A stretch of DNA of 64,000 nucleotides from an uncultured Thermoplasmata archaeon (lineage in GTDB: Archaea; Thermoplasmatota; Thermoplasmata; Lutacidiplasmatales; UBA184): contig CAWDQP010000007.1 in assembly GCA_963804505.1 (NCBI GenBank), positions 18,788 to 82,787 of the forward strand. The letters are read 5' to 3'. The position numbers and the translations under genes are program-made. The notes beneath the pieces were generated by a model, which did no database searches, was not told the origin of the DNA, and worked only from the letters and a program-made list of their open reading frames with translations. Below, piece by piece: positions 45,005-54,763 of the stretch. Position 1 is the stretch's first letter. Every line of letters begins with the position of its first letter.

Positions 45005-46138
45005 GTGCGGATCGTCCAGGTCGCGCCGTTCTTCCACCCGCACGCGGGGGGCGTCGAGTCGCACGTCCGCTCCCTGGCCGCCGAGTTCGCCCGCGAGGGG
45101 CACGAGGTCACGGTCGTCACGTCGCGCTACCGCCCCGACCTGGCCGCGGAGACGACCATGGAAGGGTACCGCATCGTCCGGGCGCGGACCCTTGCGGTCG
45201 CGTTCAACACCCCGATCGACATCGGCACGGGTCGCGCGCTCCGCCAGATCCCGGCGGACGTCGTGCACCTCCACTACCCGCCCCCGCTCACCTCGTTCTT
45301 CGCGACGCGAGCGCTCGCGAGCTCGGACGTCCCGATCTGCCTGACCTACCATTGCGACCTCTTCCTGCCGGGGTTGCTGGGGCGGGGTGTCGCCGGGCCT
45401 CTACCAACGGGCGTTCCTCCCCCCACGCTCCGCCGGGTCGGCCGCGTCGTCGTGCATACGCGCAGCTACGGCACGACCTCCGCGGTGCTGCGCGGCCGGC
45501 CGCTCGAGATCATCCCCTCCGTGGTCGACCTCGATCGTTTCCGCCCGGGCCTTGAGGTCGGCGACCTGAAACGGCACCTTCAGGTCGAAGGAAAGCGGGT
45601 CATCGTCTTCACCGGACGGCTCGTGCCCCACAAGGGCGTGGACGTCATCCTCCAGGCGCTCCGCGAGCTGCCGCGCGACGTCGTCCTGGTCGTGATCGGC
45701 TCGGGCCCCGGCTCCAGCCGCTGATCGGGCTCGCGCGCCGGCTCGGCGTGGGCGACCGAGTGGTGTTCTGCCCGAACGTTTCGGACGACGACCTGCCCCG
45801 CTTGCTCGCGCTCGCGGACGTGTTCGTCTTCCCGTCGCAGAACCGGTTCGAGGGGTTCGGCCTTGCGGTGGCCGAGGCGATGGCGGTCGGGCTTCCGGTG
45901 GTGATCGCGGACGTCCCGGGCGTGCGCGAAGTGATCGAGGACGGGAAGGAGGGGCTGCTCGCGGAGCCGCTGATCGCGGCCGACCTCGCGCGCAAGGTGG
46001 GCCGCCTCCTCGACGACCCCGCGCTCGCGCGGCGGATGGGCGCGGCCGGTCGCCGTCGGGCCGAGACGCGCTACGGTCTCGACGATCGTGGCCCACCAGC
46101 TCATCCGGCTGTACGAAGCCCTAGGCGCAGCTGGTTGA
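45005..46138 (+). CDS. Glycosyltransferase family 4 (frameshifted)
   Basis: PHAGGVESH, FTGRLVPHKG, EGFGLAVAEAMAVG. Confidence 0.9.
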
Positions 46139-46948
46139 TCTGGACCTTGAGGCGGGACGGCCTCGGCGCCGGCGGCCCGCTTCCAATCGGGCCCGGCCGA
46201 AGCGTAGAGGATGCTCCGGGAGGCGTTCACGAGGAGGGCGCGGCCGTGCGCGTCGACCCCCTCGCGCACCGTGGTCGCGAGCGAGCCGCCCTGGGCCCCG
46301 ATCCCCGGCACGAGGATCGGCATCCCGTTCCCCAGGGTGGCGCGCGCCGTGCGGAGCCCCTCGGAGAAGGTGGCGCCGATCACGACGCCGACGTTGCCGT
46401 GCGTATGCGCGAGGCGGCGGACCTCGCCGACCACCGCGAGCCAGAGCGGACCGCGCGGGGTCGGGATCTCCTGGAAATCGACGGAGCCCGGGTTCGAGGA
46501 GTGCGCCACGACGAAGACGCCGTGCGCGGTGTCCTCGAGGAACGGAGCGAGCGTCTCCCAGCCGATCCACGGGGTGACGGTGACCGCGTCGAACCCGAAC
46601 CCGCGGAACGCCCCGTCGCGGACCATCCGCATCGTGTTCGGGATGTCGTTCGCCTTGAGGTCGAGGATCCGCAGCCGGGTCGGCCCGATCTTGCGGCTCC
46701 AGCGCTGCGAGCGCATCGAACCCGGCGGGCCCGTACTGCAGGTACGCCCCGAGCTGCATCTTGTACGCCGCCGCGTGCGGGAAGGGTCGCGCCGACCACC
46801 CCCGCAGGAACCGTTCGAGCTGGGTCCGCGCGGAGAGTCGCTTGAGGCCGCGGGGCATCGGCGCCGGGTCCGGGTCGAGCCCGACGCAGAGCAGCGAATC
46901 TCGCTGACGGAGAATTCGGTCGACCTTCTGGTTGAACTTGAGCGGCAA
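46101..46948 (-). CDS. pyrF: Orotidine 5'-phosphate decarboxylase (frameshifted)
   Basis: LCVGLDPDP, LDLKANDIPNT, SNPGS, LVPGIGAQGG, NASRSILYAS. Confidence 0.9.
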
Positions 46949-47094
46949 CGGCCGTGGTGAGCGGACGCGGCTCTAAACGTCTTTCGAACGCCGGCTCGCG
47001 CCACGGCCGACGGGCCCGCGCGACGGCACGTCCCAGCCCCCGTCGCGGAGTCGAGCGTTTTAACGGGCCCGACACTTCGTTCGGACCGAGCGGC

Positions 47095-48263
47095 ATGGCC
47101 GAGGACGATACCCCTCCACGATCCCCGAGGTCCGGCTGCGGGACCTTCGGCCGACGTCCTCGCCCGTCGAGGTGGTGGGTCGTATCGTCTCGATGCAGCG
47201 CCGCGAGATCGTTCGGAAGTCCGACGGCGGCCGACGCCCGCTCCTCGCGGGCCAGCTGAGCGACGGGACGGCCAGCGTCCGCTTCACTTGGTGGGACCCG
47301 CCCCGGGAGGGTCTCGAGCGCGGAACGATCCTTCGCGCGACCGGCGTGGAGGTCGGCGAGTTCCGGGGCCGGCCCGAGCTGACCTTCACGTGGAAGACCC
47401 GGGTCGGGCCGGCGAGCGCCGCGGAGCTCCCGCAGCGTCGATTCGGAGGAGATGCCGCTGCGGACGGTCGACTCGCTCCGCGCGTCCGACGAGGGGTTTC
47501 GGCTCGAGGTCCGCGTCGCGCGGATCGCCGAGAGGACCGTCAGCGTCGGCGAGGAGCGACGGGTCGTCTACGACGGGCTGGTCGGGGACCGGAGCGGCGT
47601 GATCACCCTCTCGGCCTGGAGCGACTTCTCGCTGCGCGCGGGGGAAGCCGTGCGTGTGGCGGGCGGATACGTTCGCGTGTTCCGCGGGCGGCCGCAGCTC
47701 GTGATCGACGAGCGAACGACGATCGCCCGGATCGAGGGCGAGGGCCTGCCCGGAGGCGGCCCAGCTCGTGCGTGCGCCGCCGCGTTCGATCGCGGACCTC
47801 GAGGATGCGGGCGGCGCGGAGGTGGCCGCGATCGAGGGGATCGTGGTCGGGCTGGTCAGCCCGAGCGGGGTGGTCTACCGGTGCCCGACCTGCCGCCGTA
47901 CCGTCTCCGGCGGGATCTGCCGCCTGCACGGACAGGTCGAAGGGTATCCTGACCTGCGCGCGCGGATCGTCCTGGACGACGGCACGGGCGCGGCCACGGT
48001 GTCGGCCGGCAAGGAGGCGACCGAGGCTCTTTGGGGCGTTTCTCTGGACCAAGCCCGAAAACGGCTTCGGGAACAACCCGACCCGACCGTGCTGGAGGAG
48101 GAACTGTTCGAGGCGCTCCTCGGCCGTCGGTTGAGGGTGCGCGGGAGCGCGATCAAGGACGACTTCGGGGTCACCGTCACTGCCGGAATTGATCGAAACC
48201 GCCGAGGTGGACCTCGACGCGGCGGCGGACGAGCTCGGCGCCCGCCTCGAGGGGCGCGACTGA
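47095..48263 (+). CDS. Replication protein A (three OB folds plus Zn finger; frameshifted)
   Basis: LSDGTASVRFTWW, GDRSGVITLSAW, RCPTCRR..C..HG, DLRARIVLDDGTG. Confidence 0.85.
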
Positions 48264-49183
48264 TGGGGCTGCGCGAGACCGCGTGGCGGGTCACCGCCCG
48301 GGAGCTGGAAAGCTCGCTCGAGGAGGAGAAGGGGCGCGGCGACCGCGCGCCCACGTACCTCTGGAGCCCGTTCGGTGCGCGGATGAGCCGCGTGCTGCTC
48401 GCGGGCACGCTCTCTCCCGGCGAACCGATCGGACGCGAAGAGCCGACGTCCTTCTGGAGAGCACGCCTGTCCGACCCGACCGGCGCGGTCGGAGTCACCG
48501 CCGGCAGCTTCCAGCCGCGCGCGATGAACCAGCTGCGCTCCGCGACCGCGTCGCGGTCCGCGATCGTGGTGGGCCGAGCGCATCTGTTCCGGACGCGGGA
48601 CGGCGTGGGGACGGTCTCGGTGCGGGCGGAGGGGATCCGGTCGGTCGCCGAGGGCCAGGAGCGGGAGGTTCTTGCCGAGATCGTTCGGCAGACGCTGGAT
48701 CGACTCGACCTGATGGAACGCCTCGAGAAGGAGCCGGCCGTGTCGATCGAAGCCCTTCGAGGCGAAGGGATCCCCACGGCCTGGGTCACGGCGGGCAGGG
48801 AGTCGCTCCGTCGGTACCCGACCGTCGACCGGCCGGCGTTCCGGCGGGAGCTCCGGGCCGCGGTGGGCCGGGTGGCAGGCGACAGCGGCCCGATCCGCTC
48901 GACGACCCCGCTTCCCGCGTCCGTCACACGGACCGTCACGTCGCCCGCGCGTCCCACGCCACCCGCCCCCACCGCGGCGGAGCGCGCCGAGGAGTCGCTG
49001 TTCCTCGATTTCGTGGACGAGGTTTCGGAGGTCTCCGCGGACGGCTACGCGGACCTCAAGGAGGTCATCCTGCGAAGCGCCGAGCGGGGCCTAGGCTCCG
49101 AGCAGGCCGAGCGGGTGCTGAACCGGCTCGAGGAGGAGGGCGTGCTCGAAGAGCCGATCGTCGGGAAGCTTCGGCGCGCCTGA
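48263..49183 (+). CDS. RPA-associated OB-fold protein with a C-terminal wHTH
   Basis: RETAWRV.A.E, P.GAR..RVL.AG, RARLSDPTG. TGATG overlap with the RPA gene. Confidence 0.8.
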   Translation: MGLRETAWRVTARELESSLEEEKGRGDRAPTYLWSPFGARMSRVLLAGTLSPGEPIGREEPTSFWRARLSDPTGAVGVTAGSFQPRAMNQLRSATASRSAIVVGRAHLFRTRDGVGTVSVRAEGIRSVAEGQEREVLAEIVRQTLDRLDLMERLEKEPAVSIEALRGEGIPTAWVTAGRESLRRYPTVDRPAFRRELRAAVGRVAGDSGPIRSTTPLPASVTRTVTSPARPTPPAPTAAERAEESLFLDFVDEVSEVSADGYADLKEVILRSAERGLGSEQAERVLNRLEEEGVLEEPIVGKLRRA

Positions 49184-49350
49184 TTCGCCCCCGCGAGCGC
49201 CCGGCCGGCGTGGAAAGACGTTGCGCGCGCCCGAGGATATATATACGCGCCCGCCTCGGGGCGCGGGGGAATGAGGAACACCTGTCTCTCCGAATCGATG
49301 ACGAGACCAGCGAAGAGCTGACCCCCACTCCTTCGGACGAATCGTAGGTC

Positions 49351-50268
49351 ATGGTCGAGCGTTCTCCTTCGGTGCTCCTGGTCACCGTTCTCACCGTCGT
49401 GGCGATCGTCGTCGCCGGCGTCGGGGCGGGGGTCCTGTACGAGCTCACCCATCCGCCTCCGGCCTCGGGACCGGCCACGGTGGCGATCGGGGACAACGTC
49501 ACGGTGAACTACATCGGGATCTTCGGCAGCGGCCCCCAGATCGGCCGCGTCTTCGACACGTCGATCAAGGCGATCGCGGTGAACAACGCCTCCTGGCCGA
49601 AGTCGCTCCAGTACACGCCCCGCAGCGCCGGTCGGTACACCCCGCTGCCGGTCTATGTCGGACCCAACGCGCCCAGCGGCGGGTACACGATCGGGAACCT
49701 CACCTACGGCGGGGTCGTCACCGGGTTCTGGCAGGGGCTGGTCGGCCTCCAGGTGAACCAGACGCGTTACGTGACCGTTCCGGCCGATCTGGGCTACGGC
49801 CCGACCAACACCAGTTGCCTCAAGAACAACACGATCCAGTACACTATCCCGACCGTCGTCACGCTGACCCCGGACGAGTTCAACACTACCTACAAGGGGG
49901 CGTCCGCCGAGGCGGGGGTGGAGTTCCCCGACCCGCTCTACAACTGGACGGACGTCGTGGTCAGTTCGAACGCGAGCGCGGTCGTGGTCGAGAACCTGGC
50001 GAGCCTCGGCTGGACCGTCTCCCCGTTCGGATGGGCGATCACGGTGACCAACCTCACCTCCAGCACGATCACCCTGACGAACGAGATGACCGCGCCTCAG
50101 GCCGGCCTTCTCAAGGGGACCTCCGTGGGCCTGACGATCTGCGGGACCTCGGACTTCATCGTCTCGGCGATCGATCTCGAGGGCGGCACGTACACGGCGA
50201 ACTACAACAAGGAGGTCGTGGGCCAGACCCTCGTCTTCATCGTGACGGTCGTCAACATCCAACCGTGA
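49351..50268 (+). CDS. Membrane-anchored FKBP-type peptidyl-prolyl isomerase with a large insertion
   Basis: GDNVTVNYIG, VFDTS, GFWQGLVG, P..GYG, and C-terminal GQTLVFIVTV. Confidence 0.85.
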   Translation: MVERSPSVLLVTVLTVVAIVVAGVGAGVLYELTHPPPASGPATVAIGDNVTVNYIGIFGSGPQIGRVFDTSIKAIAVNNASWPKSLQYTPRSAGRYTPLPVYVGPNAPSGGYTIGNLTYGGVVTGFWQGLVGLQVNQTRYVTVPADLGYGPTNTSCLKNNTIQYTIPTVVTLTPDEFNTTYKGASAEAGVEFPDPLYNWTDVVVSSNASAVVVENLASLGWTVSPFGWAITVTNLTSSTITLTNEMTAPQAGLLKGTSVGLTICGTSDFIVSAIDLEGGTYTANYNKEVVGQTLVFIVTVVNIQP

Positions 50269-50283
50269 GGCGCGACCCCCGGG

Positions 50284-51186
50284 CTATCCGCCCAGGGTGA
50301 CCTTGCCGCGCTTCATCAGCTCCTCGAGGTGCGACTCCGCGATCGACGTCGGGTCGCTCCGCCGGGGCGCCGGTCGGGGACGCTCGTACTCCTTCATGAT
50401 CCGCCGGGCGTCCTCGCGGCGGACCCGGGCGCGCGCCAGAAGCTCGCGACCCTCGCGCTCGATCTCGCCGATCTCGCGCGACAGAACATCGACCTGGGCC
50501 ATGACGTCGGCGCGGGCGCGACCGGCCGTGCGCATCTCCGCGACCATCGCTCCCGCCGCCTCGAGCTTGGCACGGATCTCGACCATCCGCTTGTCCCGCT
50601 CGGTCCGGGCGGTCGCCATCGCCCCGACCAGCTGTTCGACCTCCGCCCGGGAGGCGGTGATGGCCTCCTCGGCCTCGTGCCGTTGGCGTTCGTGCTCGAG
50701 GGCGATCGCCTTCCGCGACTCGATGTGCTCGAGGTCCTTCGCCTTCTGGCGGAGCTCGGCGATCAGCGCGTTCTCTTCCTCGATCTTGAGCGCGCGGGTC
50801 TGCTGGCGAAGCTCCAGCTCGGCCATCGCCTTGCGGATCTGCTCCGGGTTCTGCCGCTCGGTGCGGTCGAACGTGAGAACGAGCTCGCGACGACGGACGA
50901 CAGAGTCCTCGAGTCGCTGGCGCGCCCTTTCGACCTCCTTGCGGAGCTCGGAAAGCAACTTCCCCAGCTGGCCGTACTCGTCGTGGAGCTTCTCGACCTC
51001 CGCCTGGGGTGCCTGGCTCCGGTTGTACAGCTCTTTCTGCTTGGCGGAGAGCGTGCGGACCTGGGTCATCAGCTCGTGTCGGCGGTCGAGGAGCGTGTTG
51101 AGCTGCCCCTCGAGCTGGCGGAGCCGGTCCCTCTCCTCCCGGTCCTCCCGTTGCCAGTGCTCGGAGAGGACAGACCGAGACGCCAC
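50284..51186 (-). CDS. Archaeal coiled-coil protein
   Basis: Heptad E/R/L pattern, QQTRALKIEEE, and a C-terminal KRGKVTL. Confidence 0.7.
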   Translation of the reverse strand: MASRSVLSEHWQREDREERDRLRQLEGQLNTLLDRRHELMTQVRTLSAKQKELYNRSQAPQAEVEKLHDEYGQLGKLLSELRKEVERARQRLEDSVVRRRELVLTFDRTERQNPEQIRKAMAELELRQQTRALKIEEENALIAELRQKAKDLEHIESRKAIALEHERQRHEAEEAITASRAEVEQLVGAMATARTERDKRMVEIRAKLEAAGAMVAEMRTAGRARADVMAQVDVLSREIGEIEREGRELLARARVRREDARRIMKEYERPRPAPRRSDPTSIAESHLEELMKRGKVTLGG

Positions 51187-51262
51187 GAGCCCTCGAGGCG
51201 CGGCAAGTCTCAAAAGGCCTTCGAAAGGGGGCGGGGGGGCCCCGGGCCCCCCCGACAACCGT

Positions 51263-52036
51263 TTATGGGCTTCGGAAAGCGCCCGCCCGACGGGCACGAC
51301 CCCCGGTAGCGCGGGGGCGCGGCCGGGTGAACCGCTGGGCAGTGAACAGCGCCGCGGGGACCGCCGCGTCGATGTTGAAGACGGCGATCGGGGAGCACGA
51401 TTGGAGCATCGCGTTGAGCGCGGCGTGTCCGCCGCCGCCCCGCCCGTAGCCGATCGAGGTCGGAACCCCCACGACGGGGGCGTGGACCAGGCCCGCGACG
51501 ACGGTGGGGAGTGCTCCTTCGCGTCCGGCGAAGACGATGTACGATTCCGGTCGCAGCCGTTCCGTCCGAGCCAGGGCCGCAGTCAACCGGTGCAATCCCG
51601 CCACCCCGACGTCGTACGCCGTGACCACGCGGATCCCCAGCTCCGTGAGAACGGCCCGGGCCTCCTCGGCGAACCCGACGTCGCTCGTTCCGGCGGCGAG
51701 GATGGCGACGGTGCCGTCGGCGTAGCTTCCACCCAGCGGACCGGGCAGACGCAGCACCCGGCCCCCGGCCAGGGAGATCACCCGGATCCCCTCCGTCCGC
51801 GGTGCGAGCAGGTACCGGCGCTGGGCGGCCGACGGCCGGGAGACGAGCGCCCCCACGCCGCGGGCGCGCAGGCCGTTCAGGATCCCGACCAACTGGTCGA
51901 CCGACTTTCCCTCGCCCAGGATCACCTCGGGGATCCCGGTCCGGCGCGACCGATCCCGATCGATGCGCGCGAAGCCGCCCACCGCGATCTCGCGACCGCG
52001 TGCACCGCGATTCCTCCCCTCGACCGGCGGCCCCAC
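51263..52036 (-). CDS. larB: Nickel-pincer cofactor biosynthesis protein LarB (AIR carboxylase-like)
   Basis: RTGIPEVILGEGK, AGTSD..AEEA, DVGVAGLHRL, VPTSIGYG, MLQSCS. Confidence 0.88.
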   Translation of the reverse strand: MGPPVEGRNRGARGREIAVGGFARIDRDRSRRTGIPEVILGEGKSVDQLVGILNGLRARGVGALVSRPSAAQRRYLLAPRTEGIRVISLAGGRVLRLPGPLGGSYADGTVAILAAGTSDVGFAEEARAVLTELGIRVVTAYDVGVAGLHRLTAALARTERLRPESYIVFAGREGALPTVVAGLVHAPVVGVPTSIGYGRGGGGHAALNAMLQSCSPIAVFNIDAAVPAALFTAQRFTRPRPRATGGRARRAGAFRSP

Positions 52037-52239
52037 GCTCGAGACGACCGGCTTTGAAACTTAACCTCGGCGGGAGGCGTTCATGAAACAGAACTGGACC
52101 TGCCTGAAACAAAACCTGATGCCCGGTCCGACCGAGCTTCTCTTAGAGGGACTACCCGAAACGAGAGGCAGCGTTTGGGATCACGCTCGGTTCTCGGGCC
52201 ACTCCAGTCAACGTCACGGCGAGGTGAACCGATTCGAAG

Positions 52240-52320
52240 GGTCCTGTTCCAATTCGCGAGGTCCGTCCCGGGCCTATCGGCGAGGCCGGCCTCCTCACCC
52301 CGCGAATCCGCAACAGAGCC
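52240..52320. repeat. 81-bp palindromic repeat, copy 1
   Basis: Identical to 53079-53159. Ends GGTCCTGTTCCAATTCGCG and CGCGAATCCGCAACAGAGCC form an imperfect inverted repeat. Confidence 0.95.
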
Positions 52321-52451
52321 AGATTCGGGTAAGTTTTTTGATACCGAAAACGAGATTACTCTTGGAATGGACTTCGCATCATTGGGCCTCGACTACGCTA
52401 TATCCGGAAAGATCTGGGACTAAATCGTCCGCGGTCGGCTCAGGTGTCAAG

Positions 52452-53006
52452 ATGGTCAGGTTTGAGCTGCAAGACTTTCAGCGACGGGTGTGGCGTGCGA
52501 CTCGATCGAACGTAACCCACCCCATGGGAATGACATTCGTTGTTCTGCTCGTGGGGTTCGGGGCGTACATCTCGTTTCGGAGCCTCGAAGCTGGCCAGTT
52601 TCCCACCACGCTTGTCAACCTCGGGCTGATTGGAGGCCTTGCCGTAATGGTTTATCTGTTGTTCGTTCTTCGGACGGCCGTTGGTCCCGAGTTTGTCGAT
52701 ATAGATAACCAGGGAGTGCGGTTTACGTTTAACTCGCACTCGGTTCACTCCTTCTGCTGGGACGATCCGGAATTCCGCCTCTGGCTCAGGTTCCTAACTG
52801 ACAACAGACTGCCAGGACCCGATCAGGATGTCTGCTGGATTTGGGGTCGTGGTCTCTGGCCGAAAACTCTGCCGGTTCCAGTTCCTGTGGCTGAACGGAT
52901 GCTAGCGGAAGCCAAAGCAAACCGACTCGAAGTACATTCAAAGTACCCCGGCAGCGGACCATCGGGTGGAATCGGGATGTACCAGCTTCGTGCTCCCAGT
53001 CATTAA
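52452..53006 (+). CDS. Two-TM membrane protein with a PH-like soluble domain (transposon cargo)
   Basis: AGGTG RBS-like sequence before the ATG, two hydrophobic helices, then VDIDNQGVRF..FCWDD. Confidence 0.65.
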   Translation: MVRFELQDFQRRVWRATRSNVTHPMGMTFVVLLVGFGAYISFRSLEAGQFPTTLVNLGLIGGLAVMVYLLFVLRTAVGPEFVDIDNQGVRFTFNSHSVHSFCWDDPEFRLWLRFLTDNRLPGPDQDVCWIWGRGLWPKTLPVPVPVAERMLAEAKANRLEVHSKYPGSGPSGGIGMYQLRAPSH

Positions 53007-53078
53007 AGCTTGTATGATGAGGATTAAGTGACAGCAACCGAAAGTCTTACGATAGAAGTGCGATTCGGACCGAAGAGC

Positions 53079-53159
53079 GGTCCTGTTCCAATTCGCGAGG
53101 TCCGTCCCGGGCCTATCGGCGAGGCCGGCCTCCTCACCCCGCGAATCCGCAACAGAGCC
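53079..53159. repeat. 81-bp palindromic repeat, copy 2 (direct orientation)
   Basis: Identical to 52240-52320. Confidence 0.95.
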
Positions 53160-53208
53160 GTCCGTAGGGAGGATCCTTCTATGAGAAAGCACGACGGCCG
53201 AAGAATCG

Positions 53209-53403
53209 TCAGTCTCGCTTAGACGACTTTGGTTTGGGCCCGACCGATACGGTCACCCGCAACGAGCCAGGCTCGACCTCCCAAACTAAGGTAGAGCCGG
53301 GGACAGCGCCGAGAATCGCAGCGACCGCCTCAGGGACGGTCGCCCGGACAGATGGGGACCCGGGAACAGTCCGGAGGACTTTGGACGTGAACTTGCTGAC
53401 CAT
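53209..53403 (-). CDS. AbrB/MazE/SpoVT-like small DNA-binding protein
   Basis: SVRATVPEAVAAILGAVPGSTLVWEV fits the swapped-hairpin pattern. Divergent from the transposase. Confidence 0.65.
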   Translation of the reverse strand: MVSKFTSKVLRTVPGSPSVRATVPEAVAAILGAVPGSTLVWEVEPGSLRVTVSVGPKPKSSKRD

Positions 53404-53527
53404 GCCGCCGCTCGGTGAGGCACACCCCTACAGGAATAAATGCGTTGGCTATCACATACGCCAATACATTGGCCTTAAGTACTCTCGAACTATAGGGCAA
53501 TACAGTAGCCAATATCGGGGGCAAACA

Positions 53528-54763
53528 ATGGAGCAAGATGCGATGACAGCACCTCGGGACAACCGATCGGTGCAGGCGAAGGAGATCGCCTCGCGTCGAG
53601 ATGAGATTGAGCCCCTGGGTGAGAACGACTGGTCGATTCCTTCACAATCAGGCTTCGGGCGGTACCGAGTCAATCTGCGCGAAGGAGGGTGGGTCTGCGG
53701 CTGCCAAGACTTTGCGAAGCGCGGCCTGCCGTGTAAACACATTCTCGCCGTGCTGGAGCTGAGCCGCCCGACGCCGCCGATCGCCCCCGCCCCCCGGAAG
53801 CAGTACCGCCAGCACCCCACTTACACGAAGGGCCAGACGGCCGAGATGCGGCTCCTCAACGAACTCCTCCGAGATCTCGTAAGGGAAGTTCCTGATTTTC
53901 CTGCGACGCCGGGGGTCGGGGGTCGGCCAGCCCTCCCACTTTCTGAGAGCCTTTACTGCGCGATTCTCAAGGTCTACTCCGGTCTCTCGGGACGGCGCGC
54001 GTGTGGGGTCTACGAAAACGTACACGACCGGGAGTTGCTCAGCCGAGTTCCGAACTACATGGTCGCTTCCCGCGCCCTCAACCGACCCGAAGTAACGTCG
54101 ATCCTCTACCGCCTTCTCTCGCTCTCCGCAGCCCCGCTCGCCGGACTTGAAGACGGGGGAGTTGTCGCGCCTGATTCGACCGGCGTTCAGACGACTTCCT
54201 TCGGAAGCTGGCGAGAAGAGAAGCACGGTGAGAAACGCCAGAAGATGTGGCTCAAGGTTCACGCGCTGGTCGGGACCAAGACCCATGTGATCATACGAGC
54301 ATTCGTGGGCGGGGCAGACTCGAATGATTCGCCGTTCTTCATCCCTCTCCTTCGCGACAGCCTCGGGTCCGGCTTCCGACCCTCGGCTGTCGTGGCAGAC
54401 AAGGGGTATCTCTCGAAGGACAACTACCGAGTCGCTTCAGAGCTGGGACTCGACGCGTACATCCCATTCAAGTCGAACTCGGTGAACCGGTCGGGTACCC
54501 ATGGGAGCCCACCATCTTGGCGGAAGGCGTTCTACATGTTCCAGGCCAACCGGGACGTATTCGAACAGAGTTACCACCGCCGGTCGAACGTCGAATCCGT
54601 CTTCTCGGCGCTCAAGCGAAAATTCGGGGAGAACATCCGCTCCCGAACCCACGTAGCTCAGGTAAACGAAATCCTCTGCAAGCTGATCGCGTACAACCTC
54701 ACGGTGGTCGTCCATGAGATGTTCGAGAACGGGATCGTCCCCGTCTTCTCAGTTGAGAGTTAA
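53528..54763 (+). CDS. Transposase: N-terminal SWIM Zn finger plus an IS4/IS5-superfamily DDE domain
   Basis: CGCQDF..PCKH (SWIM), PDSTG, WLKVH, ADKGY, YHRRSNVESVFSALKRKFG (Y-2-R-3-E-6-K signature). Confidence 0.9.
   Translation: MEQDAMTAPRDNRSVQAKEIASRRDEIEPLGENDWSIPSQSGFGRYRVNLREGGWVCGCQDFAKRGLPCKHILAVLELSRPTPPIAPAPRKQYRQHPTYTKGQTAEMRLLNELLRDLVREVPDFPATPGVGGRPALPLSESLYCAILKVYSGLSGRRACGVYENVHDRELLSRVPNYMVASRALNRPEVTSILYRLLSLSAAPLAGLEDGGVVAPDSTGVQTTSFGSWREEKHGEKRQKMWLKVHALVGTKTHVIIRAFVGGADSNDSPFFIPLLRDSLGSGFRPSAVVADKGYLSKDNYRVASELGLDAYIPFKSNSVNRSGTHGSPPSWRKAFYMFQANRDVFEQSYHRRSNVESVFSALKRKFGENIRSRTHVAQVNEILCKLIAYNLTVVVHEMFENGIVPVFSVES

Noticed and set aside
47768-49183. RPA-RPAP fusion
   Set aside because: A TGATG junction at 48261-48265 marks two genes, and the read-through follows an indel near 48185.
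52240-53159. 81-bp repeats as CRISPR repeats or integron attC sites
   Set aside because: Only two copies, too long for CRISPR, and the spacer is gene-sized. The GTT...AAC order is the reverse of attC (AAC...GTT), and no cas or tyrosine integrase gene is in the window.
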